Virus record (IMG/VR): IMGVR_UViG_3300028591_000098
Coordinates: 32,001 to 96,000 of that record
DNA: 64,000 nt
Source: a virus
Taxonomy: Duplodnaviria > Caudoviricetes
Direction: 5' to 3' (one strand)
Position numbers and translations under genes: made by a program. Numbering within the stretch: position 1 is the stretch's first letter; the number at the start of each line of letters is the position of its first letter. This document shows positions 48,966-59,573 of the stretch, piece by piece. The notes below the pieces were generated by a model. That model was not told the DNA's origin, did no database searches, and saw only the letters and a program-made list of their open reading frames with translations.

Positions 48966-49293
48966 ATTTCATAAATAAAATTTCTTTACCATAAACTTCT
49001 GCTGTAAATTTTTCTACTTTACAACCTCTAGAATTTTCCCACCCAGGACACATTAATATAGCATCACATAATATAACTTGTTCTATATCTCTTCCCATAT
49101 AATAAGCTGTCTTCTCAATTTGAAGATGATTACCTAATGCTTCATCATCAATATGATTAGCATCTATTGGAGAAATATAATCATATTTTGGGTATTTCAT
49201 CTGTAAATATGTCTTTGCACATTCATTGCGTTTATAAACAGTATCTTCTTGAAATGCTATTGGTAAAGATATGTAAATTTTCTTTTTATTCAT
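48964..49293 (-). CDS. DUF4406 / nucleoside 2-deoxyribosyltransferase-like protein
   Basis: KIYISLPI...SP...CDAILMCPGWENSRGCKVE. Confidence 0.75.
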   Translation of the reverse strand: MNKKKIYISLPIAFQEDTVYKRNECAKTYLQMKYPKYDYISPIDANHIDDEALGNHLQIEKTAYYMGRDIEQVILCDAILMCPGWENSRGCKVEKFTAEVYGKEILFMK

Positions 49294-49295
49294 AA

Positions 49296-50072
49296 TTAAT
49301 GTTTAATATCTTGACTACCAAAACCTTTATCACCTCTTTGTGAATTTGACATTACACTATTATATGTTTCTTCATCAGCATCAACATATTCATCATGGAA
49401 TATAGGAATAAGCATCATTTGTGTTAATTTATCTCCACAATAAACAATATTTTCTTTACTATGTTCTAATACTTCTTTAGTATAAGATACTGAAAGATGT
49501 ACAAATCCTGAATAATCCTCATCCACAAGACATGCACGTACATCCCAACCTTTATTTCCCATTCCTGATTTATTAACATATAAACCGGCAACACCAATTC
49601 CAAGTTTTCTTAAAAGAGATACTATATCTTGATCATTTTTATCTGACAAAACAGTATCTAATGCTATCTTAATACCAGAATTAATAAATAAAGTATCATT
49701 AGGACAAACTTTAATACCTACTTTATTATTTTCTTTATCATAAACTATAAATTCATCTACAAAACTATAAACACCTTGAATTAATGAATACTGTTTTGTT
49801 TCTTCTAAAATTGGATTATAAAAACCTAAAAATAAATGTATTAAATTAGGAATTTGATAATCAGGAATTTCTGGACGTAGTTCTTTTAATACAATATTAA
49901 AATATTCTATTAATTTTTGAATATCTTCTGTTGATTTCTTATAAGATTTTTCAAAAGCAATTAAAGCTTTACTAATTTGTTCATCTGTTTTTAAATTTGG
50001 AATATAATAATCAGAACCTGCAGATGTAAAACTGTTTGTTGGTTTTATACCAAATGCATTGTAACATTTCAT
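49296..50072 (-). CDS. dut: dUTPase (trimeric type) with insertion
   Basis: SAGSDYY, NSGIKI, NKSG, VDEDYSG, GDKLTQ, QRGDKGFGS. Confidence 0.85.
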   Translation of the reverse strand: MKCYNAFGIKPTNSFTSAGSDYYIPNLKTDEQISKALIAFEKSYKKSTEDIQKLIEYFNIVLKELRPEIPDYQIPNLIHLFLGFYNPILEETKQYSLIQGVYSFVDEFIVYDKENNKVGIKVCPNDTLFINSGIKIALDTVLSDKNDQDIVSLLRKLGIGVAGLYVNKSGMGNKGWDVRACLVDEDYSGFVHLSVSYTKEVLEHSKENIVYCGDKLTQMMLIPIFHDEYVDADEETYNSVMSNSQRGDKGFGSQDIKH

Positions 50073-50128
50073 TAAATTATGTTAAAATATATTTATATAC
50101 TAAAATAGAATTTTTTATAAATTAAATT

Positions 50129-51058
50129 CTATGTAATGTTATATGTTAAATTTGTAAAATTATTTGGATATAAAAAACTTAACATATAAGTATTGAATTT
50201 AGATAATTCATTAAACCCTGGATCATTACTTGTATGATTTAATAATACGGGTTTAAAATCCATAAGTGAACGTATATACATTGCCTTTAATATATTTCTA
50301 TTATCTTTAAATATTGGAAATAATTCGGCAATTGAATTTATCGTTCCAATTCTTGTTGTTAATGAATCTGATGTAATTATTGAATTAGGTACTTTATTAT
50401 AATTAATTTCTACGGATGGCATTATAACAATTTTATGTGCATTTGCTACCCATATTGGTATTGTATCAACATCTTCAAACGTACGTCTAATTGAATAAGG
50501 ATATGATACAGAAATACTTTGTTTGATTATTTTTGTCCATACATGAAATTTAATAAAATTATCTTTAAACAATAATATTTCTGCCCTTTCAACATCATCC
50601 TCAATTACAATTTTTTCTTTTGAATAATGTTTATAAGGACCAGATTTAATCAAATTTAGATATTGAACACCATATTCGACTATATCTGCATTATTCTCTA
50701 TAATATCATTAACTGCTCTATTAACAAAATCATTATTAATATAACTATCGTCTGCATCAACAAACATTAAATAATCACCTGTAGAATTGTCAATACCAAA
50801 TTTTCTGGCACCGCCACATCCTAAATTTTCTGGGGTATTTAATAATTTTATATTTATATTTTCATTATTATTTGTCAATATTAATTCATTAATAATACTT
50901 AAAGAATTATCTGTTGAACAATCATTTACTAATAAATATTCAACATAAATATTTTTGTCAATTTGTTGATTAATTACACTATTAAATGATTCCTTAATAT
51001 ATTGTTCTGTATTATAAAATGGTGTTATAATACTAACTGTTATTTTATCTTTGTTCAT
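50129..51058 (-). CDS. glycosyltransferase family 2
   Basis: VSIITPFYN, VNDCSTD, NLGCGGAR, FVDADD, FED. Confidence 0.9.
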   Translation of the reverse strand: MNKDKITVSIITPFYNTEQYIKESFNSVINQQIDKNIYVEYLLVNDCSTDNSLSIINELILTNNNENINIKLLNTPENLGCGGARKFGIDNSTGDYLMFVDADDSYINNDFVNRAVNDIIENNADIVEYGVQYLNLIKSGPYKHYSKEKIVIEDDVERAEILLFKDNFIKFHVWTKIIKQSISVSYPYSIRRTFEDVDTIPIWVANAHKIVIMPSVEINYNKVPNSIITSDSLTTRIGTINSIAELFPIFKDNRNILKAMYIRSLMDFKPVLLNHTSNDPGFNELSKFNTYMLSFLYPNNFTNLTYNIT

Positions 51059-51687
51059 TTTAAAAATATAACTATTGATTTTTCAGATAATCTTTGAAGT
51101 ACTTTAAATTTAACATTCTTATATTCGGAATTTGTTAATGGTACAGCAATACCTAAATTATCTGAGTTGTCATCTCTATTAATAGTACAATATTCTCCCG
51201 GAACACATTCACCATTATCTAAAACAATACACTTACCTAATAATGTTACAGTAATCCATGGTGCTCTATCTATTCTATTAACATATGGACGATTTTCATC
51301 ATATGATTCATTAATTACAGGTTTTGGATATCCTTCATTATATGTTGAAATAATTTCGAATACATCACCATTACCTTCATCAATATTAATTAGTCGTCCT
51401 TTTACTAACTCACCAGATGATTGATATATTGTTTCACCAGTTATTGACATATAATATTTACCTGGCCATACTTCCTGATTATTAGCTATATATGATGGAT
51501 TTGCACTAGTAACCCCTATATATTCAAAAGGTTTATTACATAATGTTATATGATCAAATGGTTCATTATTATCAAATTGCACAAACCTTCCATAAGGAGA
51601 TGTATTATATTTACTAAAATAATTTAAAGTTTCTTGATTTAATTCATATAATTCGGCATAACCAAATCTATTCGTTAAACTTATCAT
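51055..51687 (-). CDS. stand-alone peptidase G2 / intramolecular-chaperone-like domain
   Basis: YAELYE, GRFV, IGVTSANP, W.GKY, YDE.RPY..R..R..W..V.LLGK..V.DNGEC.PGEYC. Confidence 0.65.
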   Translation of the reverse strand: MISLTNRFGYAELYELNQETLNYFSKYNTSPYGRFVQFDNNEPFDHITLCNKPFEYIGVTSANPSYIANNQEVWPGKYYMSITGETIYQSSGELVKGRLINIDEGNGDVFEIISTYNEGYPKPVINESYDENRPYVNRIDRAPWITVTLLGKCIVLDNGECVPGEYCTINRDDNSDNLGIAVPLTNSEYKNVKFKVLQRLSEKSIVIFLK

Positions 51688-51689
51688 AC

Positions 51690-52121
51690 TTATCTAATGT
51701 AATTTTTAGGATCATCTCCACTTAGTTCAATTTCCTTTTTGGTTTTAACAAATTCCAAATTCATTGCGTCATGATACCACATCATCATCTTACCAAAATT
51801 AAATTCATTTAAATATTCAGGTACAGAATTTATAATAATATCTGGATTATTCATTGAACGATTTTGTGCAACCTCATATGATGTTTGTTTGTCAATTATT
51901 GTGTCCTTAGGGTTTTGACGAGCAATACCTACATGCAAAATTGTATTTCCATATGTATCTCTCCAAACATTACCTACCATTGTAACTGCTTGTAATTTTC
52001 CCCATTTAGTATATGTACGTCCATTAATCACAACTTCTGCACATGATTCACGATTTTTTGTTATTGTTGTAAAACTAAATGAATTAACTAACTCCTTTGT
52101 CAAATAATCAAATTTTTTCAT
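51690..52121 (-). CDS. hypothetical protein
   Basis: VGIARQNPKD...DKQTSYEVAQNR, resembling a common phage G.A.C.P.D.F.K..G..IA..R motif. Confidence 0.55.
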   Translation of the reverse strand: MKKFDYLTKELVNSFSFTTITKNRESCAEVVINGRTYTKWGKLQAVTMVGNVWRDTYGNTILHVGIARQNPKDTIIDKQTSYEVAQNRSMNNPDIIINSVPEYLNEFNFGKMMMWYHDAMNLEFVKTKKEIELSGDDPKNYIR

Positions 52122-52160
52122 AGTTTAAAAAAGATATTTTTATAATAAATTTAATTAAAA

Positions 52161-52637
52161 TTACGAATATAATTTAACATTCGTATAAAATCTCTCTTTA
52201 GTATATTTAATACTCTCCTTTGGACATTCAGGTGTATTTACTGTTCTAAATGTTGTAGAGTCTGCATCATTAAATAAATCTAACAAAGAAATTTCGTTAA
52301 GTTCAACAATCTCGTCATCAAAATATGTGCAGTATAATTTTGATAGACCTTTACTATAAATCTCTAATTCTAATTTTTGTACTCGATATCCTAATTTATC
52401 TAATGCAAGAATATCTGCATAAGTCAATTTACATATACCAAATAAAAAATATTTAAAACAGTTAAGTGAATTAAATGCAAATTTAGATTTAGGATAATAA
52501 GGAACACAATGGGTCCATGGTCTTATTGTCTTTAATCTAGAATTTATTTTTTTAATTACTTCACTGTTAGATAAATTATCAATCCCAAAAATTATTTCAT
52601 TATTAGGATCAACATCTATTAATCTATAAGCTTCCAT
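52161..52637 (-). CDS. hypothetical protein
   Basis: intact ORF. Confidence 0.55.
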   Translation of the reverse strand: MEAYRLIDVDPNNEIIFGIDNLSNSEVIKKINSRLKTIRPWTHCVPYYPKSKFAFNSLNCFKYFLFGICKLTYADILALDKLGYRVQKLELEIYSKGLSKLYCTYFDDEIVELNEISLLDLFNDADSTTFRTVNTPECPKESIKYTKERFYTNVKLYS

Positions 52638-52665
52638 AAATAATAATTTTTATTAAAAAAATAAA

Positions 52666-52694
52666 TGTCTATTATATCATAGATAAAATAGACA
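52666..52694 (-). terminator. putative terminator hairpin
   Basis: tgtctatt.tatc-ata-gata.aatagaca. Confidence 0.45.
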
Positions 52695-52720
52695 CTTTAC
52701 AAATAAAAATTTTAAATTTA

Positions 52721-53695
52721 TTAAATATTTAATTTGTTTCTAAAATATTCAATTGTTTTAATTAATCCTTCATGTAATTCAATTTTTGGTGTATATCCAA
52801 ACATTTTATATGCTTTAGATATATCTGCTTTACGTTGGAGAGGATCATCTTTAGGTAATTCCTTAAATACAATTTCTGATGTTGATTCTGGAATTAATTC
52901 TAAAACTAAATTAGCTAATTCATTTATTGTAAATTCTTCTGGATTACCTATATTTACTGGACCAAACTCATCATTTTTCATAAATTCGATCATCCCATGT
53001 ATTAAATCATCTATGTATTGAAATGATCTAGTTTGATTACCATCTCCATATATAGTTATTGGTTTATTAATTAATGCTTGACATACAAAATTAGATATTA
53101 CTCTTCCATCATCTGGATCCATATAAGGACCATATGTATTAAATATTCTAATTATTTTACAATTAACACCAAGTTTACGACATTCATATAATATTGTTTC
53201 TGCTATACGTTTACCTTCATCATAGCAAGATCTTGGACCAATAATATTTACATTTCCAAAATATGATTCATTTTGTGGATGATGATTTATATCTGGATTG
53301 CCATAAACTTCCGAAGTTGAAGCATGTAATAATTTTGCATCATAATATTTTGTCAATTTACAAATATCGTCAACTGCCAATGAAGCTTTAATTGTTTCTA
53401 TTGGGTATTTTAAATATTTTGGTGGTGATGCTGGACATGCCAAATTATAAATTTCATCAACAAAATTATAGAAAAAATCTTCTATAATATCTTTTAAAGC
53501 AATAAAAGTACCTTTATCAGTAATATCAGCCACCCAACAACAATAATTCTTATTACTTAAAAATTTATTTACATTTGATAATTTACCTGTATAAAAATTA
53601 TCTATACACATTATCTTATTTCCTTCTTCTAATAGTTTTTCGGTAAGATTTGTCCCAATAAAACCAGCGCCTCCAAATATTATTATATGTTTCAT
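52721..53695 (-). CDS. UDP-glucuronate decarboxylase (UDP-xylose synthase), SDR family
   Basis: GGAGFIG, IYNLACPASP, ASTSEVYG, RSCYDEGKR, RIFNTYGP, DGRVISNF. Confidence 0.9.
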   Translation of the reverse strand: MKHIIIFGGAGFIGTNLTEKLLEEGNKIMCIDNFYTGKLSNVNKFLSNKNYCCWVADITDKGTFIALKDIIEDFFYNFVDEIYNLACPASPPKYLKYPIETIKASLAVDDICKLTKYYDAKLLHASTSEVYGNPDINHHPQNESYFGNVNIIGPRSCYDEGKRIAETILYECRKLGVNCKIIRIFNTYGPYMDPDDGRVISNFVCQALINKPITIYGDGNQTRSFQYIDDLIHGMIEFMKNDEFGPVNIGNPEEFTINELANLVLELIPESTSEIVFKELPKDDPLQRKADISKAYKMFGYTPKIELHEGLIKTIEYFRNKLNI

Positions 53696-53700
53696 ATTTA

Positions 53701-53892
53701 TTAATTATGTATATTACTTATTGGTTCTTTCTTTATATGAAGTCTAAATGCTGGGAATTTACTTTCTTGTTCATCCTTTTCTCTTTTAGCTTCTTCTTCT
53801 GTATTATAATAATTATACATTGTATTATCATCATAATATAATACATAAATATCTTGTGAATTTTCTAAAATAAAATTTTTAATATTTTTCAT
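53701..53892 (-). CDS. putative internal head protein (capsid-targeting-like leader)
   Basis: MKNIKNFILE|N. Confidence 0.6.
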   Translation of the reverse strand: MKNIKNFILENSQDIYVLYYDDNTMYNYYNTEEEAKREKDEQESKFPAFRLHIKKEPISNIHN

Positions 53893-53913
53893 AAATTAAA
53901 TTATATTATATAT

Positions 53914-54303
53914 TTATTCTTTTACGACAATTACCATTATATTATTAGATTCTATCATATTAAGTATGTCATCATAACTATATGTATGTTCATCAGAATT
54001 AAAGAAATCATTATCTATATTATACACCTTAACTCTAAATTCTTCATTAGTATGACATACCCAAGTTGATTTATTTTTTAATTCTGCTAAAAATATATGT
54101 TTATCTTTCCAATATTCATCATTATGTTTTATTTTATCAATAAGTTTATCAAATGATTCCTTATCATATGCATATAATGTTGGTTCTATTTCTTCATTGG
54201 TTTGTTCACATCTTATTTTTATAGAATCAATTGTTCTACCTTCTAATAATGAAATTTTGGAAATTTCATAATTTTCCAATATAAAGTCTTTTAAATTTTT
54301 CAT
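53914..54303 (-). CDS. putative internal head protein (capsid-targeting-like leader)
   Basis: MKNLKDFILE|N; second site LLE|G. Confidence 0.6.
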   Translation of the reverse strand: MKNLKDFILENYEISKISLLEGRTIDSIKIRCEQTNEEIEPTLYAYDKESFDKLIDKIKHNDEYWKDKHIFLAELKNKSTWVCHTNEEFRVKVYNIDNDFFNSDEHTYSYDDILNMIESNNIMVIVVKE

Positions 54304-54304
54304 A

Positions 54305-54769
54305 TTATTTATACCATTTAGGTGGATTTTTTTGTAGTGGACTTGCAGAAAACATATTTGTCATATCTTCAACATTTGATACATTCCATTTTGATAAATC
54401 TGAATTAAATTTCATACATTTATAAAACATATATTTCATATTTGTAACATTAGATACATCCCAATTAGACAAATTCGAATTGAAATTTTTACAGTTATAA
54501 AATATCCATTCCATAGTAGTAACATTAGATACATCCCATTTAGATATATCTATATTATGAGGATCTAAGTATTCAAATAAATCAGACATATCAGTTATTT
54601 CAGATGTATCAATATCATTTAGATCTGCATTGTTACCACGCTCATCTAATAATTGTTTTAATAATTTTTGAAGTTCATCTTTATCTTTTGGATAATAATT
54701 ATATCCACTAACTTTAGTTTTACTACCTATTTGAAGTTTTTCTTGTATTATATCTTGTAAGTTCTTCAT
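54305..54769 (-). CDS. DUF285/BspA-like repeat protein (3 repeats) with capsid-targeting-like leader
   Basis: MKNLQDIIQE leader; WDVSNV repeats; NPPKWYK. Confidence 0.85.
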   Translation of the reverse strand: MKNLQDIIQEKLQIGSKTKVSGYNYYPKDKDELQKLLKQLLDERGNNADLNDIDTSEITDMSDLFEYLDPHNIDISKWDVSNVTTMEWIFYNCKNFNSNLSNWDVSNVTNMKYMFYKCMKFNSDLSKWNVSNVEDMTNMFSASPLQKNPPKWYK

Positions 54770-54774
54770 ATTAT

Positions 54775-55317
54775 TTATTCTTTATACCATTTAGGTGGAT
54801 TTTTTTCTATTCCACTTTTCCAAAACATTTTAAACATTGATTTAACTTTAGATACATTCCAGTTATTTAAATTTGCTTTGAAATTTTTACAATTATTAAA
54901 CATTTGTTCCATATTTGTAACGTTAGAAACATTCCAATTACTTATATCAGAATTAAAATTATAACAGTCGAAAAACATAGAATCCATATTTATATTATTT
55001 GACATATCCCAATTACTTAAATCAGAATTAAAATGCTTACAATCATAAAACATATTATAAGTATAAATAACGTTAGACATATCCCACTCCGATATATCTA
55101 TATTATGTGGATCTAATCCATCAAATAAATATGACATATCTGTTATTTTAGATGTATCAATATCATTTAGATCTGCATCTTTACCACGTTCTTTTAATAA
55201 TTTTTTTAATATTTCCAATAAATCATCAGTTGTATTGGGGTGATACTTATATTTAGTAATCTTAGATTTAGATCCTATTTGAAGTTTTTCTTGTATTATA
55301 TTTTTTAAATTTTTCAT
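54775..55317 (-). CDS. DUF285/BspA-like repeat protein (4 repeats) with capsid-targeting-like leader
   Basis: MKNLKNIIQE leader; repeats; NPPKWYK. Confidence 0.85.
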   Translation of the reverse strand: MKNLKNIIQEKLQIGSKSKITKYKYHPNTTDDLLEILKKLLKERGKDADLNDIDTSKITDMSYLFDGLDPHNIDISEWDMSNVIYTYNMFYDCKHFNSDLSNWDMSNNINMDSMFFDCYNFNSDISNWNVSNVTNMEQMFNNCKNFKANLNNWNVSKVKSMFKMFWKSGIEKNPPKWYKE

Positions 55318-55352
55318 TAGTTTGCAATATTGTACGATTTATTACATATATG

Positions 55353-56408
55353 TTATAATAAGTTATCATCATCACCGCGAGAATCATCATCTTCATCATC
55401 TTCATCATCAGAATTATTCTTATTATCATCTTCTTCTTTTTTATCTTTCTTATCATTTTCTTTATCTTCTTCATCATCTTCTTTCTTATCTTCTCTTTCT
55501 TTACGTTCTCCTGTTAATGAGAATATAGCTGGATCATCAGTTTTATCGGCTTCTAATAAATCAAGAATTGATTCAATAAGTTTCTTTACATCATCTGGTA
55601 ATTCTATTAAAGAATCTTCTGCAAAATCTTGTACCCATATAGCCTTTTCACCTTTACCAAAAATATGCATAAGTGAACGTGTGTTTTCAATAGATATTTC
55701 TTTAAATTCTCCTTCACCTTCTGCTTTACCAAATGGCATCTTCTTAGTATATTTCCAACGAAGTGCTATAGCTTCTTCACCACTCTTAAACTTAATTGCA
55801 GAGAAATAATATTCTCTTGGTAAAGATATTTCATTAGATACTAAAAGTTCAAGTTGTTTAGCAGCTTTAACTTTATCAGGACCATCAAGAAGTTCTAAAA
55901 CCTTTTCAACAGTTTCTGACTTCATTTCTTCTTCACCATCATCTTCTTTAATAATTTGAGTAAATTCAAATTCATTTAAAAATGATTCATTACATTCTCC
56001 TGGGCATGGACATATTGATTTAACCATTGTTGCAGGATTTTTAGCAGTAGCCACATCTTCAGGAGAAAAATATACAACCCAATACATACCAAGATTAATT
56101 TTAGTCATTTTAGTAAGACCTTGTTGCATAATATATCCAGCTAATGTAGTAAATCTATCTAATGGATTAAATAATACATTATTAATAGATTCTTCATTAA
56201 CAAATTTTGTACTATGTAATTTAATAGATACGTTATCTTCACCAACCGCAGCAACTACACCTAATCTTAAACAAAATAAATTATTAATATTTGTCAATAT
56301 ATTTTCTATAGGTGTATAATGATTAGTTACACCTGTTGTTGTCAATGCATTTCCAGGTTGTACATCGGCAGTTTTAGCTGATTCAACTATTTGTGTAAAT
56401 TTTCTCAT
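55353..56408 (-). CDS. putative internal head protein with very acidic C-terminal tail
   Basis: MRKFTQIVE|S leader; internal LNE and IKE sites; D/E/K low-complexity tail. Confidence 0.6.
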   Translation of the reverse strand: MRKFTQIVESAKTADVQPGNALTTTGVTNHYTPIENILTNINNLFCLRLGVVAAVGEDNVSIKLHSTKFVNEESINNVLFNPLDRFTTLAGYIMQQGLTKMTKINLGMYWVVYFSPEDVATAKNPATMVKSICPCPGECNESFLNEFEFTQIIKEDDGEEEMKSETVEKVLELLDGPDKVKAAKQLELLVSNEISLPREYYFSAIKFKSGEEAIALRWKYTKKMPFGKAEGEGEFKEISIENTRSLMHIFGKGEKAIWVQDFAEDSLIELPDDVKKLIESILDLLEADKTDDPAIFSLTGERKEREDKKEDDEEDKENDKKDKKEEDDNKNNSDDEDDEDDDSRGDDDNLL

Positions 56409-56436
56409 TTGTTATTATTATATTTATTTATTCATA

Positions 56437-57144
56437 TTATTCTTTATTAATATACCATTTTGGAGGATTTTTTTCTATTTCACTTTTCCAAAACATTTTT
56501 CTCATTTTTACATTTTTAGATACGTCCCATTTTGATAAATCTGAATTAAAATTTTCGCATCTATAGAACATATATGTCATATCGTTAACATTAGATACAT
56601 CCCAATTACTTAAATCTGAATTAAATTTTTCACACTGTGAAAACATACTAACAGTATTTGTAACTTTAGATACATCCCATTTACTTAAATCAGATTCAAA
56701 GTTTTCACAATCATAAAACATATCTTTCATATTTGTAACTTTAGATATATCCCAGTTAGACAAATCTGAATTAAAATTATGACAACCTTCAAATACACCT
56801 TTCATACTTCTAACATTAGACACATCCCATTTTGATAAATCCGAATTAAAGTTTGTACAATTCCAAAACATAAATTCCATGTTTTCTACATTAGACACAT
56901 TCCATTGCGATATATCTATATTATGTGGATCTAATCCATTAAATAAATCTGATAAATCTGACATATCAGTTATTTTAGATGTATCAATATCATTTAGATC
57001 AGCATCTTTACCACGTTCATCTAATAATTGTTCTATTAATTTTCCAAGTTCATCTTTATCTTTAGGATGATATTTATATGAACTAACTTTTGTTTTACTG
57101 CCAATTTGAAGTTTTTCTTGTATTATATCTTGTAAGTTTTTCAT
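56437..57144 (-). CDS. DUF285/BspA-like repeat protein (6 repeats) with capsid-targeting-like leader
   Basis: MKNLQDIIQE leader; repeats; NPPKWY. Confidence 0.85.
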   Translation of the reverse strand: MKNLQDIIQEKLQIGSKTKVSSYKYHPKDKDELGKLIEQLLDERGKDADLNDIDTSKITDMSDLSDLFNGLDPHNIDISQWNVSNVENMEFMFWNCTNFNSDLSKWDVSNVRSMKGVFEGCHNFNSDLSNWDISKVTNMKDMFYDCENFESDLSKWDVSKVTNTVSMFSQCEKFNSDLSNWDVSNVNDMTYMFYRCENFNSDLSKWDVSKNVKMRKMFWKSEIEKNPPKWYINKE

Positions 57145-57145
57145 A

Positions 57146-57691
57146 TCAATTTTCCTTATACCATTTTGGTGGATTTTTTTCTAAAGGACACCCATTAAAT
57201 GCTCCTCTCATGTCTTTAATTTTAGATACATCCCAATTTGATAAATTTGACTTAAAATCATAACAACCATAAAATATATTTAATATATGTTCAACATTAG
57301 ATACATCCCATTTAGATAAATCAGAATTAAAATTATAACATTTATAAAACATCCATCCCATATTATTTACATTTGATACATTCCAATTTGATAAATCAGA
57401 ATTGAAATCATAACATTCGGCAAACATACCCCACATATCTTTAACATTAGATACATCCCATTTAGATATATCTATATTATGAGGATCTAAATTATCAAAT
57501 AACTCTGTCATATCAGTTATTTTAGATGTATCTATATCATTTAAATTAGCATCCTTACCACGTTCATCCAATAATTGGTTTAATAATTTTCTAAGTTCAT
57601 CTTTATCTTTAGGGTAATATTTATATGAACTAACTTTTGTTTTACTGCCAATTTGAAGTTTTTCTTGTATTATATATTGTAAGTTTTTCAT
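57146..57691 (-). CDS. DUF285/BspA-like repeat protein (4 repeats) with capsid-targeting-like leader
   Basis: MKNLQYIIQE leader; repeats; NPPKWYK. Confidence 0.85.
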   Translation of the reverse strand: MKNLQYIIQEKLQIGSKTKVSSYKYYPKDKDELRKLLNQLLDERGKDANLNDIDTSKITDMTELFDNLDPHNIDISKWDVSNVKDMWGMFAECYDFNSDLSNWNVSNVNNMGWMFYKCYNFNSDLSKWDVSNVEHILNIFYGCYDFKSNLSNWDVSKIKDMRGAFNGCPLEKNPPKWYKEN

Positions 57692-57724
57692 TATTATAAA
57701 TGTTTATGTATAATTAATAATAAA

Positions 57725-58390
57725 TTAAAATTGTCTCCAAAAGTGAAATATCTGTTGGAGAGTTGCTTTAGAAAAGTGTCCTTCAGTAAAACATGCGGTC
57801 GGTACTAATCTAGTAGGTAATACATATGATGCACCTCTTAATACTGGTATATACATTTTTATTCCAAAACCAATTTTTGCATTTACTTTCGCTAAATGTT
57901 TTATTTCAGAATAAGAAATCCACGTGTTTGGTTTACCTGTTACTTCATTAAAATTCTTATCAAAATAAGGTTTAAAATGTTTATATACCTCATTAATTAT
58001 TTTAGTTCTGGTAAATGGTGGATAATAATGTAAATTTATTCCAACCTCTCTAATATTACCATCATCTGTTCTTGTTATACCACAAAATAACGTTAATGGA
58101 GAAGCATCATAATACGCCAGTTCTTCTTTATATTTAGGTTGAGAATAATGAAATAAAACAATTTGACCAGGTAATAAATATTTCTTTGTAGGTTTTGTTA
58201 ATGATAATAATTCTTTATATGCTAATTTAGAACGAATAGATGTTGGACGTTTAGCTAATGGATGTTCATTAATTGACTCCAACATCTTAAAATATTTTAT
58301 TTCATCTTCATCATAAATCTTTCTATCTAAATCTTTAAGACTAAATATGTGACCTAATGTTGTTTTTTCTGGCTTATGTATTATTGGCAT
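57725..58390 (-). CDS. DNA end protector protein, T4 gp2-like
   Basis: PGQIVLFHY..PKYK..L.YYD..PL and GINLHYYPP..R motifs. Confidence 0.8.
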   Translation of the reverse strand: MPIIHKPEKTTLGHIFSLKDLDRKIYDEDEIKYFKMLESINEHPLAKRPTSIRSKLAYKELLSLTKPTKKYLLPGQIVLFHYSQPKYKEELAYYDASPLTLFCGITRTDDGNIREVGINLHYYPPFTRTKIINEVYKHFKPYFDKNFNEVTGKPNTWISYSEIKHLAKVNAKIGFGIKMYIPVLRGASYVLPTRLVPTACFTEGHFSKATLQQIFHFWRQF

Positions 58391-58433
58391 ATCAAAATAA
58401 AAAATTATTTTTATTTAAAAATAACTATATAAT

Positions 58434-59573
58434 ATGAATATACTTATTGTAGGCGCTGGATTATTTGGTGTTACTATAGCTAGACTATTAACTAATAAAG
58501 GTCATGTATGTACAATAATAGATCAACGAAATCATATTGGTGGTAATTGTTATGATGAACCATATTCAATTGATAATCATACAATGACTGTTCACAAATA
58601 TGGACCTCATGTATTTCATACAAGTAATCAACAAGTTTGGACTTTTGTTAATAAATATGCTAAATTTAATAATTTTAGAACTAATATATTAGCAAAAGAT
58701 GATAATAATAAGTTATATCATCTTCCATTTAATATGAATACATTTTACGATATATTTGGTATATTTAATATAGAAAAAGTTAAGAATATAATACAACAAG
58801 AAATTAAAGACGCAAATATAACCAAAATAACGAATCTTGAAGAAAAAGCAATTTCTATGGTAGGTACAACTGTTTATAATATATTAATAAAAAACTATAC
58901 AGAAAAACAATGGAATTGTAAATGTACTGAACTTTCTCCAGATATAATATCTAGATTACCTTTACGTTTTTATTTTGATAATAATTATTTTAATGATATT
59001 TATCAAGGTGTTCCTATAGGCGGATATACTAAATTAATAGAAAATATTATAAATGGAGTTGATAATGAAAAACCAATTAAATATATTTTAAATACTAAAT
59101 TTGATTTATCAATATATGACAACTATGATAAGATAATTTATTGTGGATCTATAGATGAATTATTAAATTACAAATTTGGATATTTAGAATATAGAAGTTT
59201 AAAATTTGAAAATACTGAATATATATTTGATTTTATAAATTCAAATGGTTGTGCTCATATAAATTTAGTAGGAACACAAAGAGGAACTAGAGAAATTGAA
59301 CATGTATATTATACTCCTGAAAGTTTAGAATATTTTATTGGTCAAAAATTAATTAAAACATTGGAAGTACCTGATGACTGGGATTTAACTAAAGAAAGAT
59401 TTTATAGTATTAATAACAATAAAAATAATGATTTATATGAAAAATATGTAAATTATTTAGAAAAAACATATCCAAATATTATATTGGGAGGTAGACTCGG
59501 TTTATATAAATATTTAGATATGGATGATGTTATATTGTTAGCTTTTGATAAATCAAATGTTATTAACATGTGA
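58434..59573 (+). CDS. glf: UDP-galactopyranose mutase
   Basis: VGAGLFG, R.HIGGNCYD, HKYGPHVFHT, YTEKQW, RLPLR, YQGVP..GYT, GGRLG.YKYLDMD. Confidence 0.92.
   Translation: MNILIVGAGLFGVTIARLLTNKGHVCTIIDQRNHIGGNCYDEPYSIDNHTMTVHKYGPHVFHTSNQQVWTFVNKYAKFNNFRTNILAKDDNNKLYHLPFNMNTFYDIFGIFNIEKVKNIIQQEIKDANITKITNLEEKAISMVGTTVYNILIKNYTEKQWNCKCTELSPDIISRLPLRFYFDNNYFNDIYQGVPIGGYTKLIENIINGVDNEKPIKYILNTKFDLSIYDNYDKIIYCGSIDELLNYKFGYLEYRSLKFENTEYIFDFINSNGCAHINLVGTQRGTREIEHVYYTPESLEYFIGQKLIKTLEVPDDWDLTKERFYSINNNKNNDLYEKYVNYLEKTYPNIILGGRLGLYKYLDMDDVILLAFDKSNVINM

Noticed and set aside
51690-52121. Possible nucleotide-sponge anti-defence protein
   Set aside because: Only a short generic motif resembles such families; cannot be supported without a profile or structure search.
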